Source of the DNA: an uncultured Acidobacteriota bacterium
GTDB taxonomy: Bacteria > Acidobacteriota > Thermoanaerobaculia > Gp7-AA8
Direction: 5' to 3'
Assembly (NCBI GenBank): GCA_963822445.1
Contig: CAWGHO010000003.1
Coordinates: 1,344,001-1,408,000 of the forward strand
Length of the DNA stretch: 64,000 nucleotides
The notes beneath the pieces are model-generated. The model did not search any database and was not told the DNA's origin. It worked only from the letters and a program-made list of their open reading frames with translations. Position 1 is the stretch's first letter. Each line of letters begins with the position of its first letter. Position numbers and translations under genes: made by a program. Below are positions 10,350-20,422 of this stretch, in pieces.

Positions 10350-11179
10350 CTACGGTCGCGAGTCGCGAGCAGCTCCCACCAACTCCTCATAGCTGCCTTC
10401 GAAAAATGAGACATTGTGAAACGCTTCTCTTGCGATTGCCTCAGCCACATCTCGAGCCTGCTCTTGATCGCGTCCGAACACGACGACACGCGTATTGTGA
10501 TCGTTCATCGGCAGCCGGCCGTCGTCCTTGGCAGTCTTGATTTCGCCGACATCTTTGCCCGGCAGCACGAGAGACCGGGGAATGTTTCTGGCGCCGGCGA
10601 CCGAGCTCGCGGAGAACTCTGGCCGGTCACGCGCATCTATGAAGACGGCCGTTTCGGTCCTGAGCCAGGACGTAACGGATGCCCTCGGGCTCAATGACCA
10701 TGACCTTTCCCAACGCGCGCCAGACGGGAGCTCCGAGCTGATAACGTCGCATGTCCGAGTAGCCCGCGGCAAGTAGCTCGTCGCTGAGACGCTTGCTCTT
10801 TCCGCAGAAGGGGCCATTGCAGTACAGGATGAGCGGCTGGGCTTTGTTGCCGTTGACGAGCCGTTCGATCTCGGCGACATCCGACACATAAAGCGCTATT
10901 GAGGTATCGGGCTTCGGCGCCACGTTCAAGGCGCCCGGGATGCGGCTGATCGCCCACTCCAGGCGTCGTCGCGTGTCGAGCACGACGACACCACCGCTCC
11001 GAGCTGCGGCCTCCAATCTCTTCCGTCGAGATGTTGCGTGTTGCAACATCCGGTTCGGAAAGCGTTGCCGAAAAAATTGTCTGGGCCTGCTGCTCCCGAT
11101 GATCTCGTATGGCGCACGACACAAGCGCGGACAATGCCATCACAGTAACGAACGTCCGACGCGGCTGCATGATGACCAT
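10350..11179 (-). pseudogene. Tandem rhodanese-domain exported protein, frameshifted twice
   Basis: 'VLDTR...IPGALNV', 'LYCNGPFCGKS' and second domain 'FIDARDRPEF...GARNI' are split over three frames. Confidence 0.8.
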
Positions 11180-11242
11180 TCGACTGCTGTCAGTCTGCGA
11201 GCGCAGGAATCGCACGCGCGTGGGTTTCTCCGCGCGACGCCG

Positions 11243-12076
11243 CTAATCTGTTCGCACAAGCAGCGCCAGGCTCGTCACGTTTGACCCCAGTTTTGTAGGC
11301 CAAGGTAATCGCCCGAGCGGTAGAACGACGAATGAACTACCCTCCGCCTCGAGCCGTTGTGTCGCCAGAAATGGGCCGGGAATGACCACATTGTTGGACC
11401 ACAATGGTTTCGCTCCGGGGAAGAAGTCGTGAAGCAGGATTACACCATTCGGATTGAGCAATCTCAATGCAGCCGGTATCTCGCGGTAGACCACGTCCGC
11501 GGCATGATTGCCGTCAAGGAAGATGAAATCAAATTTCCTTTTACAGCTCCTCATATAATCCAAGGAACTGGCTGTAACAAACTCAGCGACGTCTGTGCAA
11601 CCCATGCGACCGATCATGTCGGCCGGCGAATTCGCGGTGCCGTGTTGCAACCAGGGCCTCGACACCGGCTCATTTACATCGACAACGTCTACGGAGATCA
11701 GGCAGGCGCCGTCTTCTGCCACGGTATTCCGGCAACTAGTGATGGCGGCGGCGATGTGCACGGTCGACGCACCGATGTGGGTGCCGATTTCCAGGACGGA
11801 ACGGGCCTGGAGATAGCTGACGAGATAAAAGATCGCCCTCCTGTCTCCTGGATTCACGCCCCCGGTCCCGTCCGGTATTTCAAACGCACGAAGCGCCGGC
11901 ATCACCTCCATCCATGCCGTATCGATCTCTCCGGAAGTGAAGATCTCGTCTAACCTGACGCGATCAGCGGCACATAACAATGCCGCGTTGCAGTCGAGGA
12001 CGGACACACGTTTGAGCCGCCTTGTCTCCTGACGTAGCTTCCAGACGTTTCTAAAAGATTCGAACACTCGATTCAC
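11243..12076 (-). CDS. Class I SAM-dependent methyltransferase (Methyltransf_24-like)
   Basis: 'VLEIGTHIGAS', 'FDFIFLDGNH', 'GVILLHD'; visibly lower GC than the flanks. Confidence 0.85.
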   Translation of the reverse strand: MNRVFESFRNVWKLRQETRRLKRVSVLDCNAALLCAADRVRLDEIFTSGEIDTAWMEVMPALRAFEIPDGTGGVNPGDRRAIFYLVSYLQARSVLEIGTHIGASTVHIAAAITSCRNTVAEDGACLISVDVVDVNEPVSRPWLQHGTANSPADMIGRMGCTDVAEFVTASSLDYMRSCKRKFDFIFLDGNHAADVVYREIPAALRLLNPNGVILLHDFFPGAKPLWSNNVVIPGPFLATQRLEAEGSSFVVLPLGRLPWPTKLGSNVTSLALLVRTD

Positions 12077-12218
12077 GCCTCACCGAAGTGGGGCATGGTA
12101 TACGAAGCGCCTTGGTCGACTGTCGCTTTCGCTTTGTCTCTCGCAACCATGTTTTGCGCGCAGGAATGTGGAAGCGACCGAGGCGATGACTTTGCGAGGG
12201 TTCTCTGTTCAACGTGTC

Positions 12219-12411
12219 GGCTAACGTCTATCGCCTCAGCGGCGGCGAGGCCCCGGAAGCATGCGGCAAAGCGGCGCGGCGCTTGCCGAAACTAACGAGA
12301 TGTCGGCGGGCGCGATCTGCAAGCGGCGTGACGCCGTGCATTCCACGACACGGCAGGCAGCTCGGCTGCCGGACCGAAGCCGGGCGCACCAGCTACAACG
12401 TGAAGTTAGGC
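12219..12411 (-). mobile_element. attC-like integron recombination site (minus orientation, degenerate L'' box)
   Basis: Bounded by GGCTAAC and GTTAGGC; about 120 bp closely resembles the reverse complement of the site at 13219-13416. Confidence 0.6.
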
Positions 12412-12680
12412 CGACGTGATTACAGCGCTTCGAGTAACGGACGATCTCGCTTAGCCGCGCCTCTTCGTACGGCGGCGACGCCGCACCACGTCAGGCGTCG
12501 CGATTTGGTCCGGTTCCGCTTCGAAGCTCGTGCAATTTAGACATGCCTACTCGGTAGTACTCACGCTGCGAGCCCGACTGTTCGTGCGTCACCTCGGTGT
12601 TGCTGGCTCTGTCAGCTGGATGAGTCGGGACATGCGACTCACGCAACGCTGAATCAGGTTCGAGGTAGAATCCGGAGATC

Positions 12681-12902
12681 ATGCGAGTAGCCTCTGGTCG
12701 CGTAATCGATGGGCGAGTTGAGCTGATGGGCACGGAACTTCCTGAGGGTGCAGCTGTTACCGTCCTCCTCAGCGAAGGTGACGAAACGTTTGAGGCAGAT
12801 CCCGAAACCGAACGGATGCTTCTCGCGTCGATCGCGCAGTGCGAGCGCGGACAGACCGTACCGTTCGAAACGGTGCTTGAGGAGCTTCGGCGGCGCGGGT
12901 GA
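12681..12902 (+). CDS. Putative antitoxin
   Basis: 73 aa, acidic C-terminal 'ASIAQCERGQTVPFETVLEEL'; overlaps the toxin start (GTGA). Confidence 0.7.
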   Translation: MRVASGRVIDGRVELMGTELPEGAAVTVLLSEGDETFEADPETERMLLASIAQCERGQTVPFETVLEELRRRG

Positions 12903-13213
12903 ACGGGCCGTTACACATCGAAGTCAGCGAGCTTGCTGACCGACAGATTCAAGAAGCGGATGTCTGGTGGCGCGAGAACCGTCGAAAGGCACCGAACGCC
13001 ATTCGTGAGGAACTCGAGCGTATCGGTTCGCTCATAGCGTTTCAGCCTCACTTGGGTGCGCGTGCTACGAACGTCAGTCTGCGCGGTGTACGTCGCATTC
13101 ACATCGAACGGATTCACTACGATCTGTATTACAGAACAGTTGGTTCGCCTCCCGAATACGTGGAGATCGTAGCGTTCTGGGGATCGCGCCGTGGGAGTGA
13201 CCCTCCCATCTAG
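12899..13213 (+). CDS. RelE/ParE-family toxin
   Basis: 'IEVSELADRQIQEADVWW...PHLG...GVRRIHI..IHYDLYYR....VEIVAFW' is typical of ParE/RelE. Confidence 0.8.
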   Translation: MNGPLHIEVSELADRQIQEADVWWRENRRKAPNAIREELERIGSLIAFQPHLGARATNVSLRGVRRIHIERIHYDLYYRTVGSPPEYVEIVAFWGSRRGSDPPI

Positions 13214-13218
13214 CCGCG

Positions 13219-13416
13219 GGCTAACTACTGCCAGCAGCGGACGGCGGGCCGTTCGCCGCGCCCGGCGGCCGAGCCGCCTACTACATCCCGAGACGCACGA
13301 CGTCACGCCGCTTGCAGATCGCGCCCGCCGACATGTTCGTTAGTTGCGGCAAGCGGCGCGCCGCTCTGCCGCTCGCGCGTGGGGCCTCGCCGCCGCTGAG
13401 GCGATAGACGTTAGGC
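13219..13416 (+). mobile_element. attC-like integron recombination site
   Basis: R'' GGCTAAC 5 bp after the toxin stop; 'CAGCAGCGGACGGCG' pairs with 'CGCCGCCGCTGAG' leaving extrahelical bases; R' GTTAGGC. Confidence 0.72.
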
Positions 13417-13582
13417 CGCAGCCCCAGTTGCGGGAGGCTTCGGGCAACATAATGGAAGGAACAGTTCCTCGAATGCTTAACTGGTCGGTGACGATGGAGC
13501 GCTGCACCGCGCGGCAAGAACTTCAACCTGTCTCGAGTACCACGATTACGCGCTCAACATGCGTCTCGCGGCGATTTCCCTG

Positions 13583-16500
13583 TTACCGCGGCTGCTCCAC
13601 AATCACGGGTCGCAGGTTGTCCGACCAGTTGCGATCGATGAGGAGCAGCTGCGGATCCACGCCGGCGCGCGCCGGTGTCCCTTTGACCACCACGGAGATT
13701 CTCTGCCGGCCGGAGCGGATGCGATGCTTCTGAAGGTAGAGCGGATCGGCGACCGCATCGCCGTACACTCCGATGTCAACAAAGTCGTTCATCGGGACTT
13801 CCGTCTCTTTCCCGCTTCCGTCGGATCGGAGCTTCTGCGCTTCGATGTCGAGCGTCACGCGCCACGCGCCGTTTCCTGAGGGCTCCGCTGCGATGGCAGT
13901 CGTGCGAAGATTCCAGAGAGTGATGGTCTCCAAAAGGTCCTGCAGCAAATAGTGGTACTCCGGCGGTGTCGCGCCTTTCAGCTCGCGATAGAGATCGCGT
14001 GACGTGGCAAACGGCGGGTGACCGGAACCATGTGCCGCGACGAGCCGGCGCAATGCCGCATTCAGCGGTCCCTCACCGACGTATTGTCGAAGCGCGTACA
14101 TGACCAGTGGTCCCTTTTGGTCAACCACATTCGCGTGGTTCGTGACCTCGAGGAGCGGAACCTCAGGATGATCCGCCTTGCTACGCTGGTTCAGGTACTC
14201 GATACGCGTGTTCCAAAGAAACCGGCGCACCATGTCCATTCCGTAAAGCTTCTCCATGACCATGAGTGCGCCGTGCTGAGCGAGGACCTCGCTGACCGCC
14301 GGCGCCCCTTCGACGGCGGCAGGCATGACCTGAAAACCCCACCACTGGCGCGCGACCTCGCGCGCCACAGTCATCGAAGCGAGATCGAAATCGCGCGACT
14401 GGTCCACTTTCGTCAGCCATCCCGTCGCCTCGGCCTGGGCGATCGTGCCGGGATAGGCGTGGGCCAGATTGGCGTACCGCGGAAACTCGACGATGCGGAT
14501 CTGCCGGTGCGGATAGGGACCGAATGTGTTCGTGTAGTAATCGAGCGAGGCTCGCACACCCCTCGCGAACCGCTCCACGTTGAAGATGTGGGTCGGGTGG
14601 TAGTAAAGCTCGATGACCACACCCTTCCACGTCTCGCGATGCACTGCGTACCTGGCAGAGAAAATGGCAAACGTGTTCCTGACAGGCCGCTCGGTGGCGT
14701 AATGGAAGTAGCGTCGCCCGTTCTCGGTCCAGGTCCGCAGCAACGTTCCCGGAGAGACGGCGGTCTGCTCAGGCGATGTGCCGATCACCGCCTCGAACGT
14801 GATCGTCTCGGCCCCCGCGGCATCTTCCACGAGCGAACGCGGAGGGAGGCCGTGCTCGCGTCGCACGTGAGCGAGTGACAACTCGCGACTCGGCTGATAC
14901 CCGACGAGCGGAAGCCAGCGTCGACGATTCACAGGCCCTCCGCCGTCGTGATCGAAGTACGTGCCATTGCGGACGACCGAAGTATTCGGATTGCTGTTCG
15001 GGAATCCGCGCGGCACGAACCGGACGTCGAACGTCATCTGGAGCGAATGGCCCCGCTCCAGCGCGTGCGCCAGATCCACCGTACGATGCCCGAGTGTGTC
15101 GTCCGCGATGACGACGCGGCTCTCCCGATCGAACGACACGGCGCGAGTCTCGACCTCAGGACTGAGAAAGAGATGAATCGTGCGGATCGGGGCCGCCGTT
15201 TCGTTGACCAGCGTATACGTGCCGCGGACGTCGACGACGCGTCGTTCGGGATAGATCTCCACATGCAACTTCGTGCCTATCACCGTCGGTCGCGGCGCGT
15301 TTTCGAATTTCCCATACCGGCGCTCGTACTCGGCACTTTGCTCGGCCGCCTCGAACGGTGTGCGATACCCGGTAAGGACGTTCGTGTTGTAGAAGATGAA
15401 CCCTCCGGCGCCGATGACGATCAGCGCCGCCAGAGCGGTGGCGACGGCGGCGCGACGACCAAACCGCTGCCGCGCCAGTCTCAGTCGCGTTCTGACTCCT
15501 CGATCGCGTCCGCGGATCCACAGGAGTCCGGCGATCACCGCGAACAACAATGCCCAGCCGCCCCAGTAGAGCCTGAACCAGAGCACGGGCTCGAGGAAGG
15601 GACCGAACTGGCTGATGTCCGAGTAGGTCCACCCGGGTGCGCGGCCGTAGACGAGCAGATTGTGATGCAGGCCGAAGCGCGCCGCGAACATCGTGAAGAG
15701 ATGGCAGATCACGACGACGACGTGCCCGAGGTATTTGTTGTCGACCACGACGTGGACCAGCATCGCCAGCGCGGCGAGGAGCAGGTAGTCCGCAAGCTCG
15801 AGACCGAAGAGGATGCGCAGGTAGAGACCGATCTCGAGATGGAAATACCCGCCCGCAAGTTGTGCGATCAATCCCGACGCCATCAGAATCGCCTGCAGCG
15901 TCACGAGCACCAGCACGAGGGCGGCGAACTTGCCGGCGTAGAGGATCCAGTCGGGGACCGGGGTGGCGTCCGCGATCTCGGCGATCCCCACACTCCGCTC
16001 GCGGTGCACGAGCTCACCCGCATAGAACGTCGTCAGCAGCGCCATCGTTAGCGCGGGAAAAAAGCTCACGAGGTACTCGGTAATGAACTGCGTCAGTGGC
16101 CACAGCGGCGTGCGGAAGTCGTCGCTGATCGTCTCCGTTCCGAGCGACAGGACCATGATCGCCTGAAGGACGGCGATGACCGCGAAGTCGCGGCTGAATA
16201 CGAGCTCCCGCGCCGACTCACCAGCGGTTGCAACGAGCTGGCGGATCCGGGTTCGCCCATCGAACGAGGCGTTGAAGGGTCGCGGCGATAGACGAGCTCG
16301 CGAAACGTCCACCCGATCTTCGCGACGGCCTTTCTGGCGCGCTGAGGCGACATTCGTCCGGAACCGCCATCGCGTGAAGAGCAGGATCGCGGCCGCCGCG
16401 CCGGCCCAGAGCAGGCGGTTCCAGAGGAGTGAGGCGTCGACGTTCAGAGGTCGCGTGTTCTTCTCATGGTTCGTCCAGAACTCCCAATTCTCACTGAGGG

Positions 16501-17149
16501 CGACGAATCCGAGCGGATCACTGAGGGCGGCGAGACCCGCAAGACCGCGTTCTCCTTCGATGTACTCTTCGAGCATCAGCCCGCCGAGAAACACGAATGC
16601 GGCGGTGGCGAAAACGGCAAGCGTGCGCCGGGTGAGAACGCCGACGCCGAACAGAAGTGCGCCGGTGAAGAGAACGTTCGGCAGCAGAAGGACGATCGCG
16701 GGCTGCACATATGCAGCCGCACGGAACGGGCCGAGCAGCTCCGCCTTCACGAACGGGGGCCGCATGAGCAGCATCAACAGAATCGGGACGACGCTCACGA
16801 AGAGAACGTTGACCAGCAGCGTCCCGGCGAAGCGTCCGGCAAGATACTGGGTCTTCGTGATCGGCGAGGTCGCGAACAGCGAAAACATCCGGGTATCGTG
16901 GTCCCGCAGGGCGGCCTCGCTGAAGAGCGCCGCGCTGATCACGAGCCCGAGCATGCTGACCAGAACGGTGGCCATGCCAACCAGCGAAGGAGCGTTCGCG
17001 TGCAGATCGCCTGCGCTCTTCGCCTCACCAACGAGCACTCCCATGGCCATCAGGCAGGCCACAGCGACGAATACCGCGAAGAGGATCCAGGTGTAGGGAC
17101 GGCGCAGCCGGTAGTCGATCTCGAAACGGACGACTTCGAGAAAGTTCAT
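13583..17149 (-). CDS. ABC transporter permease fused to an M1 aminopeptidase-like domain (zinc motif degenerate)
   Basis: Two ABC-2 membrane blocks, then M1 features 'FGPYPHRQIRIVEFPRY' and 'AREVARQWWG'. Confidence 0.88.
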   Translation of the reverse strand: MNFLEVVRFEIDYRLRRPYTWILFAVFVAVACLMAMGVLVGEAKSAGDLHANAPSLVGMATVLVSMLGLVISAALFSEAALRDHDTRMFSLFATSPITKTQYLAGRFAGTLLVNVLFVSVVPILLMLLMRPPFVKAELLGPFRAAAYVQPAIVLLLPNVLFTGALLFGVGVLTRRTLAVFATAAFVFLGGLMLEEYIEGERGLAGLAALSDPLGFVALSENWEFWTNHEKNTRPLNVDASLLWNRLLWAGAAAAILLFTRWRFRTNVASARQKGRREDRVDVSRARLSPRPFNASFDGRTRIRQLVATAGESARELVFSRDFAVIAVLQAIMVLSLGTETISDDFRTPLWPLTQFITEYLVSFFPALTMALLTTFYAGELVHRERSVGIAEIADATPVPDWILYAGKFAALVLVLVTLQAILMASGLIAQLAGGYFHLEIGLYLRILFGLELADYLLLAALAMLVHVVVDNKYLGHVVVVICHLFTMFAARFGLHHNLLVYGRAPGWTYSDISQFGPFLEPVLWFRLYWGGWALLFAVIAGLLWIRGRDRGVRTRLRLARQRFGRRAAVATALAALIVIGAGGFIFYNTNVLTGYRTPFEAAEQSAEYERRYGKFENAPRPTVIGTKLHVEIYPERRVVDVRGTYTLVNETAAPIRTIHLFLSPEVETRAVSFDRESRVVIADDTLGHRTVDLAHALERGHSLQMTFDVRFVPRGFPNSNPNTSVVRNGTYFDHDGGGPVNRRRWLPLVGYQPSRELSLAHVRREHGLPPRSLVEDAAGAETITFEAVIGTSPEQTAVSPGTLLRTWTENGRRYFHYATERPVRNTFAIFSARYAVHRETWKGVVIELYYHPTHIFNVERFARGVRASLDYYTNTFGPYPHRQIRIVEFPRYANLAHAYPGTIAQAEATGWLTKVDQSRDFDLASMTVAREVARQWWGFQVMPAAVEGAPAVSEVLAQHGALMVMEKLYGMDMVRRFLWNTRIEYLNQRSKADHPEVPLLEVTNHANVVDQKGPLVMYALRQYVGEGPLNAALRRLVAAHGSGHPPFATSRDLYRELKGATPPEYHYLLQDLLETITLWNLRTTAIAAEPSGNGAWRVTLDIEAQKLRSDGSGKETEVPMNDFVDIGVYGDAVADPLYLQKHRIRSGRQRISVVVKGTPARAGVDPQLLLIDRNWSDNLRPVIVEQPR

Positions 17150-18045
17150 GACTGCGCCGTTGCGCCCGCGCCGGAGTGGCCTGACATGGCGCTGAAGTAG
17201 ACATCCTCGAGATCGGGTGCGACCGCCTCGAATCCCTCACCGGGCGAGCCGTCGCGGAACACGTGGGCGATGGTCCGCCCGGCCAGGAGCTTCGTGGAGA
17301 TCACTGCGTGCTCGCGCTCGAGCGCCGCCAGTTCGTCCCTGCTGACGACTCGCCTCCAGATCTTCCCCTGAAGATCGCCGACAGCGCGATGCGGCTCACT
17401 CTCCAGAAGAATTCGCCCTCTGTCGATGATCGCCATCCGCGTGCAGAGCTCGGAGACGTCTTCCACGATGTGCGTCGACAGGATGACGACGCTCTTCTCA
17501 CCCAACTCGGCGAGGAGGTTCAGGAAGCGGACGCGCTCTGCTGGATCGAGACCGGCAGTGGGCTCGTCGACGATGAGGAGTCCTGGATTGCCGATCATCG
17601 CAATGGCGACACCGAATCGTTGACGCATTCCACCAGAGAAGCCACCGAGCTTCTGCTTCCGCACGTCCCAGAGATTCGTTTGGCGGAGAAGCGACTCGAC
17701 CACATCCCTCCGCTCCCCTCGCCGCGTAATGCCGCGGAGGACGGCAAAGTGATTCAGCAACCGCTCGGCCGTGGTCTTCGGATAGACGCCGAACTCCTGC
17801 GGCAGGTAGCCCAATGTCTTGCGCACCTCGTCTTTCTGCCGCAGGACATCGAGCGACCCGAGATGGATCTCCCCCTCGTCGGGCTCCTGGAGGGTGGCGA
17901 TCGTGCGCATGAGCGTCGACTTGCCGGCGCCGTTCGGGCCGAGAAGTCCGTACATGCCGGGTGGAATGGTCAGACTGATGCGCTGCAGCGCATGGACGCC
18001 ATTCGGATAGGTTTTCGACACATCGCGGATCCGGAGGTCTGGCAA
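17146..18045 (-). CDS. ABC transporter ATP-binding protein
   Basis: GPNGAGKS, FSGGMRQR, LIVDEPT, STH. Confidence 0.93.
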   Translation of the reverse strand: MPDLRIRDVSKTYPNGVHALQRISLTIPPGMYGLLGPNGAGKSTLMRTIATLQEPDEGEIHLGSLDVLRQKDEVRKTLGYLPQEFGVYPKTTAERLLNHFAVLRGITRRGERRDVVESLLRQTNLWDVRKQKLGGFSGGMRQRFGVAIAMIGNPGLLIVDEPTAGLDPAERVRFLNLLAELGEKSVVILSTHIVEDVSELCTRMAIIDRGRILLESEPHRAVGDLQGKIWRRVVSRDELAALEREHAVISTKLLAGRTIAHVFRDGSPGEGFEAVAPDLEDVYFSAMSGHSGAGATAQS

Positions 18046-18179
18046 AGGGTTTCTCCCTGACCATAGTTACGTCCGTCGGGCCAGGAGGTATACAGCGGCG
18101 GCAGCGGAGCTCATTCATGATCGCCGCGTGCGGATCCGTGCGCGCGCGTTCACGTGATCGATGGGCGGTGGGGAAGTCC

Positions 18180-18505
18180 GATGCTGAAGTCGAAGTCGGG
18201 CATCGCGCTCCAGGGTTCAGCACTCGCTCGCCGACGGCTGCGAAGCCGCGCCGATGCCGTGCGGCCCGTGGCGGCGATTCAGAACGAGTACTCGCTGCTC
18301 GAGCGTAGGTCCGAAAGGCAGATCCCCCGATCTGCGAGGAGCTCGGGATCGGCTTCGTGCCGTGAGGTCCGGTCGCGCGCAGCTTTCTCTCCGGCAGATT
18401 CGGCGAAGGCATGCGCTTCGGTTCGGACGACAACCGCGCATCCGTTCCTCGCCTGGAGGGCGATGCCCTGAAGGCGAACATGGCGCTCTTCAACCTCGTG
18501 CGTGT
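18180..18505 (+). pseudogene. Aldo/keto reductase remnant
   Basis: 'PVAAIQNEYSLLER', 'CEELGIGFVP' followed by a stop, 'SFLSGRF...DDNR..VPR' in shifting frames; boundaries approximate. Confidence 0.65.
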
Positions 18506-18560
18506 CCCATTCCCGGCAGGGAACCCAGGTCGGCATCGAGGCACCGCCGAAAGGTGTGTC

Positions 18561-19074
18561 ATGAATCGCACCGTTCTGCTCGCGGCATTACTCGTGATTG
18601 CATTCACAGGAGCCTGTACAACCATGCACACCCCAGGACAAACCCGAAACAATGAAGACCTCGCAACGAGAATCGCCGCGCTGGAAGACCGGGCGGCCAT
18701 CAAGCAACTCGTCGACAGGTTCTCAGTGCTGGCAGACGTGAAAAAGACTCAGGAGCAGACCGCCCTCTTCACCGAAGACGCAGCGGTATCGACGACGATG
18801 AACGGTCAGGTCGTCTCCTCGCTGCGCGGAGTTCCTTGCCAATTTCGACACCGTCTACCACGCCAACGCCCAACTCGATCTCACCCTCAGCGGCGACACT
18901 GCCTCCGGAGTCTCCTACTGCCTGGTCACGCTCATCGGTCCCGAGAACGGCAAGCGAATGAAGACGTCGATGCTCGTGATCTACAACGACTCGTACGTGC
19001 GACAGGGCGGGACGTGGTTGATCGCGGATCGCAAATCGACGTTCGTGACCCGGGAACAAGAGGAGGTCAGGTGA
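18561..19074 (+). pseudogene. SnoaL/NTF2-like exported protein with a frameshift near 18830
   Basis: 'LEDRAAIKQLVDRFSVLAD...LFTEDA' continues in another frame as 'FLANFDTVYHAN...GDTASGVSYC...YVRQGGTWLI..RKS'. Confidence 0.75.
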
Positions 19075-19092
19075 CGGGTCTCGCCGACGCGG

Positions 19093-19383
19093 TCAAGTCG
19101 TCTCGATCGTCGCGAGTCGCCGTTCGAGGAAGAACGGGCCCCCCGGCACCACCGCGGCGAGGATTCCCGCGGCGGCGAGGCCGGCGCTGATGGGGACCTT
19201 CACGATCGCGATCAGCAACATGACCACCAGCGCGACGAACAGGGCGCCGTGAATCGACCCGACCACCGTAACGGCGAGCGGGAAACCGGCGAAATACTTG
19301 AGCGGCATCGCAACGAAGAACAGCAGAAGCGTCGAAATGCCTTCGACGATGGCGAGCTGTCTCAACGCACGCATGAAGGTCAC
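19093..19383 (-). CDS. DUF3817-like membrane protein
   Basis: 'AIVEGISTLLLFFVAMPLKY...GSIHGALF...VPGGPF'. Confidence 0.8.
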   Translation of the reverse strand: MTFMRALRQLAIVEGISTLLLFFVAMPLKYFAGFPLAVTVVGSIHGALFVALVVMLLIAIVKVPISAGLAAAGILAAVVPGGPFFLERRLATIETT

Positions 19384-19453
19384 GTGGACGATCGTATCAG
19401 CCGGGGGAAACTCGCCGGGGGCAGCACAGGCTACCCCCGGCGTCTTGTGTCGG

Positions 19454-20422
19454 CTACGGCACGAGGAAAGTCAGCGTGTCGGTATCGCGCGCCATACGAC
19501 CGGACGACGTTCTTCCCTGAATGGAGAGCTGCACTTTGGACGTACCCGGCGCCAGATCGAATTTCACCGACTCGATCGCACCCGGCGCGGGATGAAAACG
19601 GGACCGGACGTCCACGCCGTTGAACGTCGCCGTAAAGGTCGCGGCGTCGGTCGTGTCGCCGTACACCACCGTCACCCACGCCGATGTCGCGCCCGCCGGC
19701 AGCGAGGTCCGGGTGTCGGTCGGCGTGACGTAGCGGAGGAACGGGTTCACCTCGGCCGGGCTCTGGCCGCCGCCGTTGAACAGGTTCGACAGGTCGGGAT
19801 CGCTCGGCGCGATGGTCGTGGTCCGGATGTCGAACTTCCCCGCGTCTTTCGGCTCGAACACGATGTCTTCGGTGCTGTCCTGGTAGCCGTCGACGATCGT
19901 GTACCACCCGGAATCGTCCGGACGGATCTCGACCTTCCGCTCGGCGGGAGGGAACTTGCTCTCCAGGACGAAGCCACCGCGGCTTCCACCGGGCGGGATG
20001 GTCGACTCCTCGAACGCGAAGAACACATTGCCGAGAACCGTCAAACCGGCGCTGGTCGTGGCCGGATCGGCGAGCACGATTCCCACCGGGATCGTCGTAT
20101 TCGGCTGGATCTGCCGGCCCGGGAAGCGCACGTAATAGTTGTTCTGCAGGTCGGTATCCGTTTGCGCGCGCGCGACGCGGCCGGAGATGTCGATGAAGAA
20201 CGATTTCACCGGCGCGGCGGCCGTCGCGGGAACGCTCAGCGTGTATTCGTAGCGGTACACCCTCCGCGCCGGGTCGTAGGTGACGTTGGCCTGCAGGGTC
20301 GTTCCGGTGATGGTCAGTGGCGGCAGAGCGATGACGCGCGGGTTTTCTGCTGGAACCTGCGCGGTCGACGCGGCCGCGAGCAGAAGGGTCGCGACGGCGA
20401 GGGTCAGTAGTTTTGCATTCAT
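19454..20422 (-). CDS. Secreted hypothetical protein (beta-rich), partner of the upstream MepA-like protein
   Basis: Signal peptide MNAKLLTLAVATLLLAAASTA; start overlaps the upstream stop; AAGGAG RBS. Confidence 0.75.
   Translation of the reverse strand: MNAKLLTLAVATLLLAAASTAQVPAENPRVIALPPLTITGTTLQANVTYDPARRVYRYEYTLSVPATAAAPVKSFFIDISGRVARAQTDTDLQNNYYVRFPGRQIQPNTTIPVGIVLADPATTSAGLTVLGNVFFAFEESTIPPGGSRGGFVLESKFPPAERKVEIRPDDSGWYTIVDGYQDSTEDIVFEPKDAGKFDIRTTTIAPSDPDLSNLFNGGGQSPAEVNPFLRYVTPTDTRTSLPAGATSAWVTVVYGDTTDAATFTATFNGVDVRSRFHPAPGAIESVKFDLAPGTSKVQLSIQGRTSSGRMARDTDTLTFLVP

Noticed and set aside
12420-12680. Cassette gene or integrase remnant between the left attC-like site and the antitoxin
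   Set aside because: The frames translated by hand gave no recognisable protein or integrase motif
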